A DNA stretch of 64,000 nucleotides, taken from NCBI GenBank assembly GCA_963751345.1, contig CAVVUS010000034.1, positions 26,963 to 90,962 of the forward strand, in the 5' to 3' direction. Below the pieces are notes generated by a model, which saw only the letters and a program-made list of their open reading frames with translations, was not told the DNA's origin and did not search any database. The DNA comes from an uncultured Chloroflexia bacterium (GTDB taxonomy: Bacteria > Chloroflexota > Anaerolineae > B4-G1 > SLSP01). A program made the position numbers and the translations under genes. This document shows positions 41,667 through 50,073 of this stretch, piece by piece (within the stretch, counting starts at the first letter, position 1; every line of letters starts with the position of its first letter).

Positions 41667-41906
41667 CCATAAGGTTTGGGAGCTCTATACTGCAGTCACC
41701 ATCTCCAGCGCCTAACTGACGTCCGACAGCTGTAGTTCCGGACGCAAATGGACGCCATCACAGACGGGCAGGAGCAACATCCTCGAGGGGCATCCTTTCC
41801 AAGCGTAACGCAGACCGATACGGCCTGCCAATTCGCGGTAATGCCGCGGATATCAGCAGGCGTACGGGTACCAACAACAGCAGTCAAAGGGTAGAGGTAC
41901 ATCAAG

Positions 41907-42275
41907 ATGAGACTAGATGAAGTCCTTGAGGCGACGAGCGCGACGATGCTTGTCAAACCGCCCTTCAACATCGATCTGGAATCCGCCTGCGCCTCTGACT
42001 TGATGAGTGACGTCCTGCTCTTCACCAAGCCAAATATGCTACTGGTGACCGGGCTGACGAACCCTCAGGCAATTCGAACGGCCGATATGGCAGAGGCCCC
42101 GGCGGTTCTCTTCGTTCGGGGCAAATACCCGCCGCCGGAGACGTTAGCGCTTGCCGAGGAAATGGGCGTGGCGGTCATGCTGTCACCCTACACGATGTTC
42201 GAGACTGCGGGACGCCTGTATGAGGCAGGGCTGAAAGGCATTGGAAAACTGCCCATCTTGCGCCAACAGCGATAG
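41907..42275 (+). CDS. Stand-alone DRTGG domain protein
   Basis: ACASDLMSDVL, LLVTGLTNPQAIRTA, FVRGK, MFETAGRLY. Confidence 0.88.
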   Translation: MRLDEVLEATSATMLVKPPFNIDLESACASDLMSDVLLFTKPNMLLVTGLTNPQAIRTADMAEAPAVLFVRGKYPPPETLALAEEMGVAVMLSPYTMFETAGRLYEAGLKGIGKLPILRQQR

Positions 42276-42376
42276 CGCTGCGCCTGGAGTGCCAAGGTGA
42301 CGCGTCAGGGCGACGCGTCAAGAGTGACGATGAGAGAAACACGGCAGACCTGAGAGACTACCCGTAGCTGAGACCA

Positions 42377-43357
42377 ATGAATCGACAGTTCGCAGTTCTG
42401 GGGTTCATGACGAGAGGAGGCGCGCTCTCCAAGATCCACGAGCTTATTCGTGAGATGCAGGTCTCGCGTGTGATGACCACGTCTCTTTTGACGCTATCGC
42501 CGGATGCCACGATGAAGGAGTTCAAAGAGCTTCTGCGCGAGCACCGGATCTCAGGTGTCCCCGTGGTACAGGATCAGGAGCTTGCCGGCATCGTAAGTAT
42601 TGAGGATCTGATTCATGCGCTGGAATCCCAGCAGATGGACGCGCACGTCGGCGAATTCATGACCCGTGACGGTCTGGTGACCGCCTATGCGCAGGAACCG
42701 GTGATGGAGGCGCTACGGCGCTTCGAGACGACGGGGATCGGGCGAATGCCCGTGCTGGATTCGCGCAACAAGCTTGTGGGCATCATCACCCGAGGTGACA
42801 TTACCGTAGCCTTGCTGGCGGCATTGCAGGAACTTTACACAGAGGCAGAGGCGATCCAGGAACGCCCCCAGCATTTCTTCGATGCTCTCGAATCCGAAAA
42901 CACCAGTCTGCTGCTCCGGTACCGGATCCAGAAGGGGGACTTCGCGCGGGGCGGCGACGCTTCGGCGAAGATCAAGCGAGCGCTGCTCCGGATTGGCGCT
43001 TCACCGCAGCTAGCCCGGCGCGTCGCGATTGCTTCCTACGAGGCCGAGGTCAACCTCATCATCCACACCGTCGACGGCGGACTCATTCTGGCCGACATTC
43101 AGCCTACCGAGATCACGATTGTGGCACAGGACTCCGGCCCGGGCATGGCGGACGTCGAGCTTGCTCGTCAGCCCGGCTATTCGACGGCAACCTCCGAGAT
43201 TCGCGAAATGGGGTTTGGTGCGGGCATGGGCTTGACGAACATCGAGCGCTGCGCCGACAAGATGAGCCTTTGGTCGGCCGTGGGAGTGGGCACGCGGCTG
43301 CAGATGTCGTTCAGGGTCTCGCCCGAGGAAGCCAGTGAGACAGAGGCCAAGAGCTAG
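42377..43357 (+). CDS. CBS-pair plus RsbT/RsbW-like Ser/Thr kinase (HATPase_c) fusion
   Basis: Two CBS motifs (HRISGVPVV, GIGRMPVLD..LVGIITRGDI); GDASAKIK, ASYEAEVN, DSGPG, GYST, GFGAGMGL. Confidence 0.9.
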   Translation: MNRQFAVLGFMTRGGALSKIHELIREMQVSRVMTTSLLTLSPDATMKEFKELLREHRISGVPVVQDQELAGIVSIEDLIHALESQQMDAHVGEFMTRDGLVTAYAQEPVMEALRRFETTGIGRMPVLDSRNKLVGIITRGDITVALLAALQELYTEAEAIQERPQHFFDALESENTSLLLRYRIQKGDFARGGDASAKIKRALLRIGASPQLARRVAIASYEAEVNLIIHTVDGGLILADIQPTEITIVAQDSGPGMADVELARQPGYSTATSEIREMGFGAGMGLTNIERCADKMSLWSAVGVGTRLQMSFRVSPEEASETEAKS

Positions 43358-43375
43358 CGCAAGGAGTGAGTGGGC

Positions 43376-43711
43376 ATGAAGGCACAGGACATTGTTGAGC
43401 AACTGGGTTGGAAGGTGCTTGCCGGCGCCGACCAATTGGGGAACGAGGTGGACGGGGGATATGTGGCTGACCTCCTGAGCTGCGTCATGGCAGGGGCCAA
43501 AACCGGGAACATCTGGATCACACTCCAGACCCACGCTAACGTCGTCGCCGTGGCCTCCCTCCTCGGCCTTTCGGCGATCGTGGTCGCCGAGGGTGCCGCA
43601 GTTCCCGAGGGCACGATCGACAAGGCCCAGGAGCAAGGGATGCCGGTGCTGTCGAGTCCTGAGCCTGTCTATGAAACGGTATCAAGCTTGATTCGGCTGG
43701 GCATCCGATAG
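43376..43711 (+). CDS. Second DRTGG-like protein
   Basis: GGYVADLLSCVMA, WITLQTHANVVAVASL. Confidence 0.85.
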   Translation: MKAQDIVEQLGWKVLAGADQLGNEVDGGYVADLLSCVMAGAKTGNIWITLQTHANVVAVASLLGLSAIVVAEGAAVPEGTIDKAQEQGMPVLSSPEPVYETVSSLIRLGIR

Positions 43712-43736
43712 CTCGCTGCAGCGCAAGGACGAAGGG

Positions 43737-44483
43737 ATGCGGGAGTATCGGGCCGACCTTCACGTGCACACCGTCCTGTCGGCGTGTGCCGAGGTCGAGA
43801 TGATCCCCCCTCTGATTGTAGAAGAAGCACTTTACAAAGGTCTGGATGTGATTGCCATCACGGATCACAACGCCACAGGCAACGCAGTTGCTGTGCGGGA
43901 AGCGGCTGAAGGGACAGCATTGACCGTACTGCTGGGAATGGAGCTGCAGACGCGGGAGGAAGTCGACGTCTTGTGCATCTTCGACACGGTATCCGCGGTT
44001 GAGGCGTGGCAGGCGATCGTGGATGCGCAGATACCTCCACTGAAGAACGATCCCGACCACTTCGGCTCGCAGTTCGTCGTGGATCGCGAGGGCGATCTTG
44101 TGGTCGAGGAGCAACGGCTGCTACAGGCGCCCACGCTCATCGAGCTGGAGGATGCCGCCCGGCGGGTCCACGCGCTGGGAGGGCTGGTCATCCCGGCACA
44201 TATCGACCGGCCCAGCAATGGGCTTATGGCAATGCTTGGGCTCTGGCCTCCTGACCTCGAGGCCGACGCGGTGGAGGTATCACCGAATATGCGGCCCAGT
44301 GAAGCCCGCCGCCGGTATGGGTCCCTGGCGCCTGATATGGCGATCATCAGCAATTCGGATGCCCACTGGCTGGCATGGATGGGCAAAGTGATGACCATCT
44401 TTGAATTGGAGGACGGGCCCACGGTCGTGTCGCTCAAGCAGGCCTTGCATGGCCAAGGTGGACAACGGGCCCGTGTGCCCTAG
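43737..44483 (+). CDS. PHP-domain phosphoesterase
   Basis: ADLHVHT.LS.C, AITDHN, GMEL, PAHIDR, SDAH. Confidence 0.9.
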   Translation: MREYRADLHVHTVLSACAEVEMIPPLIVEEALYKGLDVIAITDHNATGNAVAVREAAEGTALTVLLGMELQTREEVDVLCIFDTVSAVEAWQAIVDAQIPPLKNDPDHFGSQFVVDREGDLVVEEQRLLQAPTLIELEDAARRVHALGGLVIPAHIDRPSNGLMAMLGLWPPDLEADAVEVSPNMRPSEARRRYGSLAPDMAIISNSDAHWLAWMGKVMTIFELEDGPTVVSLKQALHGQGGQRARVP

Positions 44484-44521
44484 AAAGCAGACGTGGTCCG
44501 GCAGATGCTCGACAAACAAAC

Positions 44522-44565
44522 GGGTGAACAATGTCACTCCAAGCCGGAGGAAACGGCTGTATAAT
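44522..44565 (+). promoter_or_regulatory. Internal promoter with a Rex-like operator upstream of the diaphorase genes
   Basis: GTGAAcaatGTCAC (44524..44537) followed by TATAAT at 44560..44565. Confidence 0.45.
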
Positions 44566-44633
44566 GTACATTTGGCCCGCACTAGGATCACGAACGGACA
44601 CATACGTCCGCTCCCGCTATTGAGGTGAAAGGT

Positions 44634-45152
44634 ATGAGTGTAGCCACAGAGCAAGTCTCCCAGGAAGTCAACGAACCGGATGCACTGGAGCTCCCTCCAG
44701 AGCAGAAGGCTGTTCTCGATCGAATTCTTGCCGAAAACCGCGATCGCCCCGGTGCGACGATGGTAATCCTGACCCTGACCCAGGAGCAATTGGGATATGT
44801 GTCGCCGGCTATGCAGCGGTATATCGCCGAAGCGCTGGGGATTCCTCTGAGCCATATCTACGGCGTGCTGACCTTCTACTCCTTCTTCCGCATGAGCCCG
44901 GTCGGACGCCACAAGATCAGCATCTGCCTGGGAACCGCGTGTTACGTCCGAGACGGCCCCTCGCTCGTCGAGAAGATGAAGCAAGTGCTGGGTATCGCGG
45001 TCGGTGAGACAACCGAAGACAACCGGTTCACCCTGGAGATCTGTCGCTGTGTCGGCGCGTGTTCGCAAGCCCCCGTCGTCATGATCGACGATGATATCGT
45101 GGGCCGGGTTCAGCCACCGGATATCGCTAAGACGCTGCGCAAGTACGAATGA
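44634..45152 (+). CDS. NuoE-like [2Fe-2S] diaphorase subunit 1 (HydC/HndA/HoxE-like)
   Basis: TFYSFF, CLGTAC, RCVGAC..APV. Confidence 0.92.
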   Translation: MSVATEQVSQEVNEPDALELPPEQKAVLDRILAENRDRPGATMVILTLTQEQLGYVSPAMQRYIAEALGIPLSHIYGVLTFYSFFRMSPVGRHKISICLGTACYVRDGPSLVEKMKQVLGIAVGETTEDNRFTLEICRCVGACSQAPVVMIDDDIVGRVQPPDIAKTLRKYE

Positions 45153-45748
45153 CCGTTTTCCGCGACCTATCTCAGCATATTATGGATGTCGCTGAGAACA
45201 GTGTCACGGCAGGTGCTACGCTGCTGAATCTTGACATTGAAGAGAGCCGGACGGAAGACCGGCTCACCATGACGATCCGTGATAATGGGCACGGGATGGA
45301 CCCGGAGATGCTGTTGCGGGTCGCGGATCCATGGGTGACAACGCGAACAACGCGCAAAGTGGGCCTTGGGATCCCGTTCCTGAAGCAGACAGCGGAGATG
45401 TGCGGCGGAAGCTTTGAGATTTCATCCGTAGCCGGACGCGGCACCACGACGCGCGCGACATTTCAGCTCAGTCACATCGACCGTCCGCCGCTGGGAGATC
45501 TGGTCGGGACACTGCTGTGCATCGTAGTAGGGAACCCGCAGGTGGATTTGGTCTATCGACATCAAGTCGAAGGGGCAGCATTTGCCTTCGAGACGCGAGA
45601 GGTTCGTGAGATTTTGGGGCCCGAGATCCCATTGTCAGATCCCGAGGTCCTTGCATTTGTCCGCGGCACGATCAGCGAGGGGCTGACATCCATCAACTGC
45701 GATGGCATTGTCAGCGATGCCGCCAGTCAGAGGAAAGCAAAGTCATAG
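45149..45748 (+). CDS. Stand-alone histidine-kinase-like ATPase (HATPase_c)
   Basis: DLSQHIMDVAENS, DNGHGM, DPWVTTRTTRKVGLGIP, HIDRPPLGD. Confidence 0.88.
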   Translation: MTVFRDLSQHIMDVAENSVTAGATLLNLDIEESRTEDRLTMTIRDNGHGMDPEMLLRVADPWVTTRTTRKVGLGIPFLKQTAEMCGGSFEISSVAGRGTTTRATFQLSHIDRPPLGDLVGTLLCIVVGNPQVDLVYRHQVEGAAFAFETREVREILGPEIPLSDPEVLAFVRGTISEGLTSINCDGIVSDAASQRKAKS

Positions 45749-45762
45749 AGAGGACATACGAG

Positions 45763-46122
45763 ATGAAAAGCCTGGAAGAACTGCAGAAAATCAAGGAACG
45801 CGCCTTGGAGCGCCGGAAGCTGTCAGGCGAAGGCGCACGCGCACGCGTCGTCGTTGCCATGGGCACGTGTGGTATTGCCGCCGGCGCGCGCGACACGATG
45901 ACGGCCATTCTCGGTGAGTTGGAGAAGCGTTCCATCGCCAACGTCGTTGTGACACAGACAGGGTGCATTGGCCTGTGCGAGTATGAGCCCATCGTCCAGG
46001 TCCAGGTCGGCGATCAGGATATGGTCACCTACGGCCACATCGACCCCAGCCGGGTCCCCGAATTGGTCGACGAACACGTGGTCGGCGGGGCGCCGGTCGA
46101 GAAGTGGGTCGTTAGGAAGTAG
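45763..46122 (+). CDS. Thioredoxin-like [2Fe-2S] ferredoxin subunit (HydD/HndB-like)
   Basis: [23 protein letters not shown]. Confidence 0.9.
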   Translation: MKSLEELQKIKERALERRKLSGEGARARVVVAMGTCGIAAGARDTMTAILGELEKRSIANVVVTQTGCIGLCEYEPIVQVQVGDQDMVTYGHIDPSRVPELVDEHVVGGAPVEKWVVRK

Positions 46123-46172
46123 CGGGCACCGGCGCGGGAGTCGATTCCCGGCGCTATGCCCGAGGAGGTAAA

Positions 46173-47933
46173 ATGCCTTATCGTGCGCATGTAATTATCA
46201 GTGGGAGCCAGCCGCAAGCGCAGGCAGTCAGTGAGGCCTTGCTGAGCGAGATCGATGTGCTCGGTCTGGGCCAGGAAGTCGAAGTCTTGGAGGCTGCCGA
46301 CCAGACGGTTGCGCCGCGCGGCGTTGAGGCCGTGGTCTATCCGGATTCGGTGCATTACACGGACCTGACCCCGGAAGACGCTCGGTTGATCGCGGACGAG
46401 CATCTCTACAAGGGGCGCCCCGTCGAAAGCCTGAGATTTCATGAACGGGTCGCCGAACCTCTGCCCGAGCCTTCTGTAAAAGAGGTGCGGGTGGTTTTGC
46501 GTAACGTCGGCAAGATCAACCCTGAGAATATCGAGGATTACATCGCTCAGGACGGCTATGCGGCGTTGGGCAAAGTCCTGACGCAGATGACACCGGACGG
46601 GGTTCTCGCGGAGTTGAAGACCTCGGGTCTGCGTGGACGCGGCGGGGCCGGATTTCCCACTTACCTCAAGTGGACCTTCGCGCAGAAAGCCTCGGGCGAC
46701 AAGAAGTATGTCATCTGCAATGGTGATGAGGGCGATCCTGGCGCCTTCATGAATCGCCGCGTACTGGAGGGCGATCCCCACGCCGTGTTGGAAGGTATGG
46801 CCATCGCAGCTTACGTCGTGGGCGCCGATCAAGGCTACCTCTACGTCCGGGCCGAGTATCCCATCGCGATTCGCACGCTGCGTGTTGCCATCGAACAAGC
46901 CCGCGAGTACGGACTACTGGGCGACCACATCTTTGGGACGGACTTCAGCTTCGATTTGGAGGTCCGTATGGGCGCCGGCGCCTTTGTCTGCGGTGAGGAG
47001 ACTGCATTGATGCAGTCTATCGAGGGCAACCGTGGACAACCCCGCACGCGCCCGCCCTTCCCCGCGACCTCAGGGCTATGGGGAAAACCCACGAACATCA
47101 ACAACGTCGAGACCTATGCCAACGTGCCCCAGATCCTGCTCAAGGGCGGCGAATGGTTCGCCTCCATGGGCACCGAGAGGAGCAAGGGCACCAAGACCTT
47201 TGCCATTGCGGGCAAGGTCAAGCGTACGGGTCTCATCGAAGTGCCACTGGGAATCACGGTCCGCGAGATCGTGTACGACGTGGGCGGCGGCGTTCTGGAT
47301 GACAAAGCCTTCAAGGCGGTTCAGACAGGCGGTCCGCTGGGAGGTTGCATTCCCGAGAAGTATCTCGATCTGCCCGTGGAGTACGAATCCCTGGTCTCGG
47401 TCGGCTCCGCCATGGGCTCGGGTGGCTTCATCGTTATGGATGAAGAGACCTGTATGGTCGATATGGCACGATTCTTTATGGAATTCGCCCAGGAGGAGTC
47501 ATGCGGCAAGTGCGTCCCGTGCCGCGTGGGCACCCGGAAGATGTTGGAGATTCTGGAAAACATCTGTGCCGGCAAGGGGCAGCCGGGCGACATCGAGGCA
47601 TTGGAGACACTGGGCCAGTATGTGAAGCTCGGGTCGCTATGTGGGCTGGGCCAGGGCGCCCCGAACCCCGTCTTGAGCATGATCGAACACTTCCGCGACG
47701 AGTACGAGGCCCACATCTACGACAAGACCTGCAGCGCTAAGGTCTGCCGTGCGCTCATCACCTTCTCGATTGATCCGGAGACGTGCATCGGCTGCACGCG
47801 CTGTGCACGAAACTGTCCCGTGACCGCCATCACCGGCTCTCCCCGCCAAGCCCACGTCATCGACTCGGAGATCTGCATCCGCTGCGGCATTTGCGAGCAG
47901 GTCTGCCCGGTCAACGCCGTGAGCGTCGCATAG
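46173..47933 (+). CDS. NuoF-like FMN/NADH subunit 1 (HydB-type, with C-terminal 2x[4Fe-4S])
   Basis: [38 protein letters not shown]...VC, CIGCTRC...CP / CIRCGIC...CP. Confidence 0.95.
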   Translation: MPYRAHVIISGSQPQAQAVSEALLSEIDVLGLGQEVEVLEAADQTVAPRGVEAVVYPDSVHYTDLTPEDARLIADEHLYKGRPVESLRFHERVAEPLPEPSVKEVRVVLRNVGKINPENIEDYIAQDGYAALGKVLTQMTPDGVLAELKTSGLRGRGGAGFPTYLKWTFAQKASGDKKYVICNGDEGDPGAFMNRRVLEGDPHAVLEGMAIAAYVVGADQGYLYVRAEYPIAIRTLRVAIEQAREYGLLGDHIFGTDFSFDLEVRMGAGAFVCGEETALMQSIEGNRGQPRTRPPFPATSGLWGKPTNINNVETYANVPQILLKGGEWFASMGTERSKGTKTFAIAGKVKRTGLIEVPLGITVREIVYDVGGGVLDDKAFKAVQTGGPLGGCIPEKYLDLPVEYESLVSVGSAMGSGGFIVMDEETCMVDMARFFMEFAQEESCGKCVPCRVGTRKMLEILENICAGKGQPGDIEALETLGQYVKLGSLCGLGQGAPNPVLSMIEHFRDEYEAHIYDKTCSAKVCRALITFSIDPETCIGCTRCARNCPVTAITGSPRQAHVIDSEICIRCGICEQVCPVNAVSVA

Positions 47934-47976
47934 GGATCATCCAGGGGACAAGACAACAAAAAGGAAAGGGGTACGT

Positions 47977-48450
47977 ATGGAAGGGGTTCTAGCTGTCACA
48001 GACAGGATCATCGGTACCTACGCTGCGGACAAGGAGGCTCTCGTCGAGATCTTGCGTGGAGTGAACGACGAGAGTGGGCATCTGTCCCGCGAGCAACTTG
48101 AAAGAATCGCGGAGCGCGTTGGCCTGCCGTTGAGCAAGGTCTACAGCGTGGCAAGCTTCTACAGCTTGATCAATCTCGAACCGCTGGGCCGCCACGTGGT
48201 CCGCTTCTGTGAAGACGCTCCGTGTCACATCGCCGGCGGTCTCGCGATCTGGGAGGCTCTTGAGCACGAACTCGGCATTCCGTTTGGCGAGACGACGCTT
48301 GACGGGGAGTGGTCGCTGCTGACCACGAGTTGCATCGGTGCTTGCGCCGTCGGCCCCGTGATGATGGTCGACAACGACATCTACGGCAACCTTACGCCGG
48401 AGAAGGTGAGTGAAATCATCGCTCGCTATCGGCAGGGAGGTCAGGTATGA
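47977..48450 (+). CDS. NuoE-like [2Fe-2S] diaphorase subunit 2
   Basis: SFYSL, CEDAPC, SCIGAC..GPV. Confidence 0.92.
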   Translation: MEGVLAVTDRIIGTYAADKEALVEILRGVNDESGHLSREQLERIAERVGLPLSKVYSVASFYSLINLEPLGRHVVRFCEDAPCHIAGGLAIWEALEHELGIPFGETTLDGEWSLLTTSCIGACAVGPVMMVDNDIYGNLTPEKVSEIIARYRQGGQV

Positions 48451-50030
48451 TCCGCGCAAGTGTCCTTATTTCCGGGGACCCGCTCAGCCTATCACGAGGA
48501 GCGGAAGAGACGAAACTCGCCATCGAGGCGGAATTATCATTCTACGGACTCGAAGATGAAGTGCAGGTCGGGTACACCGGCCGGGTCAACCGCACCGACG
48601 TCTTGCCGGTGGTCGTGGTCTACCCTGAAGGGACCGTCTACGGCCCCGTCTCCCCCAAGGATGGCGCACTTATTGTCGAGGAACATCTGTACAAGGGCCG
48701 CACGGTCGAACACCTTGTCGTCTCCGCTGAGGTCGCCTCGGCCGAGATCGACACGCTGCGTGGCGAGGGAGATGCCCTTTTCGGCCAGAAGCGCGTGGTG
48801 CTCAGACGGGCCGGCACGATCGATCCCTACAGCATCGACGACTATATCGCCTACGATGGGTACTTCGCGCTGGGTAACGCCATCACGAACATGACGCCGG
48901 ACGGGGTCTTGCAGACCGTCAAAGATGCCGGCCTCCAGGGTCGCGGCGGGGCAGGCTTCCCGACCGGGCTCAAGTGGACCTTCGTCGCGGAGCAGCCCGA
49001 CCCCACCCATTACATCGTCTGCAACGCAGACGAGTCAGAACCGGGCACCTTCAAGGACCGGCTCATCGTGGAGGGCGATCCCCACTCCGTGCTGGAGGGG
49101 ATGGCCTTGGCCGGGTACGCCGTGGGTGCCAGCGAAGGCTGGATCTACATCCGCGGCGAGTATGCGATGGCCACAGATATCCTGAAGCACGCCATCGAGC
49201 AAGCTGAGGGGATGAACCTGCTGGGCGACAACATCCTGGGGAGCGATTTCTCGTTCCACATCCACGTCCACGCCGGGGCCGGCGCTTACGTCTGCGGCGA
49301 GGAGACGGCACTGCTGAACAGCCTCGAAGGACAGCGCGGCCAGCCACGCATCCGCCCGCCCTACCCCACGGTCAACGGCTTCCGTGGCAAGCCCACCGTC
49401 GTGAACAACGTCGAGACGCTGGCGAACGTGGCCCCCATCATCCTGAACGGGGCGGATTGGTTCCGAGCCATCGGGACCGAGCGCAGCCCCGGGACCAAGG
49501 TCTACACGATGCTGGGGGACGTAAACGTCACGGGGCTCGTCGAGACACCGATGGGCACCACCCTGCGTGAGATCATCGACATCTACGGCGGTGGCATGAA
49601 GGATGGAAAAGCCTTCAAAGCCGCGCAGACCGGCGGCTCGTCCGGCACCATCATTCCATCGGAATTTCTCGACGTGCCGCTGGACTTCGCTTCTATGCGG
49701 GAGAAGGGCGCAGGACTGGGCAGTGGCGCCTTGTTGGTCTGCGACGAGGACACTGACATCGTCGATCTCGCTTACGTCCTGATACGCTTTTTCAAAGCCG
49801 AGTCATGTGGGAAGTGCACGCCCTGTCGCGTCGGCAATCCCCAGATGCTCGAAGCCCTGGAACGTCTGCGCAAGGGCATGGCCCGCCACGCCGACCTGGA
49901 ACGTTTGGAAGAGATTGCGAACTACGTTCAGCAAGCTTCTTTCTGTGGATTGGGGCAGGCCGCACCGGTACCGATTCTCACCGGACTGCGGTACTTCCGC
50001 GATGAATTCGAGTCCCGCCTGCGGGATTAG
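48447..50030 (+). CDS. NuoF-like FMN/NAD(P)H subunit 2 (HoxF/NuoF-type, no C-terminal ferredoxin domain)
   Basis: [35 protein letters not shown]; ends FRDEFESRLRD. Confidence 0.95.
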   Translation: MIRASVLISGDPLSLSRGAEETKLAIEAELSFYGLEDEVQVGYTGRVNRTDVLPVVVVYPEGTVYGPVSPKDGALIVEEHLYKGRTVEHLVVSAEVASAEIDTLRGEGDALFGQKRVVLRRAGTIDPYSIDDYIAYDGYFALGNAITNMTPDGVLQTVKDAGLQGRGGAGFPTGLKWTFVAEQPDPTHYIVCNADESEPGTFKDRLIVEGDPHSVLEGMALAGYAVGASEGWIYIRGEYAMATDILKHAIEQAEGMNLLGDNILGSDFSFHIHVHAGAGAYVCGEETALLNSLEGQRGQPRIRPPYPTVNGFRGKPTVVNNVETLANVAPIILNGADWFRAIGTERSPGTKVYTMLGDVNVTGLVETPMGTTLREIIDIYGGGMKDGKAFKAAQTGGSSGTIIPSEFLDVPLDFASMREKGAGLGSGALLVCDEDTDIVDLAYVLIRFFKAESCGKCTPCRVGNPQMLEALERLRKGMARHADLERLEEIANYVQQASFCGLGQAAPVPILTGLRYFRDEFESRLRD

Positions 50031-50073
50031 CTGGCTTTTTAGCTAGAGACCTGTCTAAGGAGGCAAGGCACTT

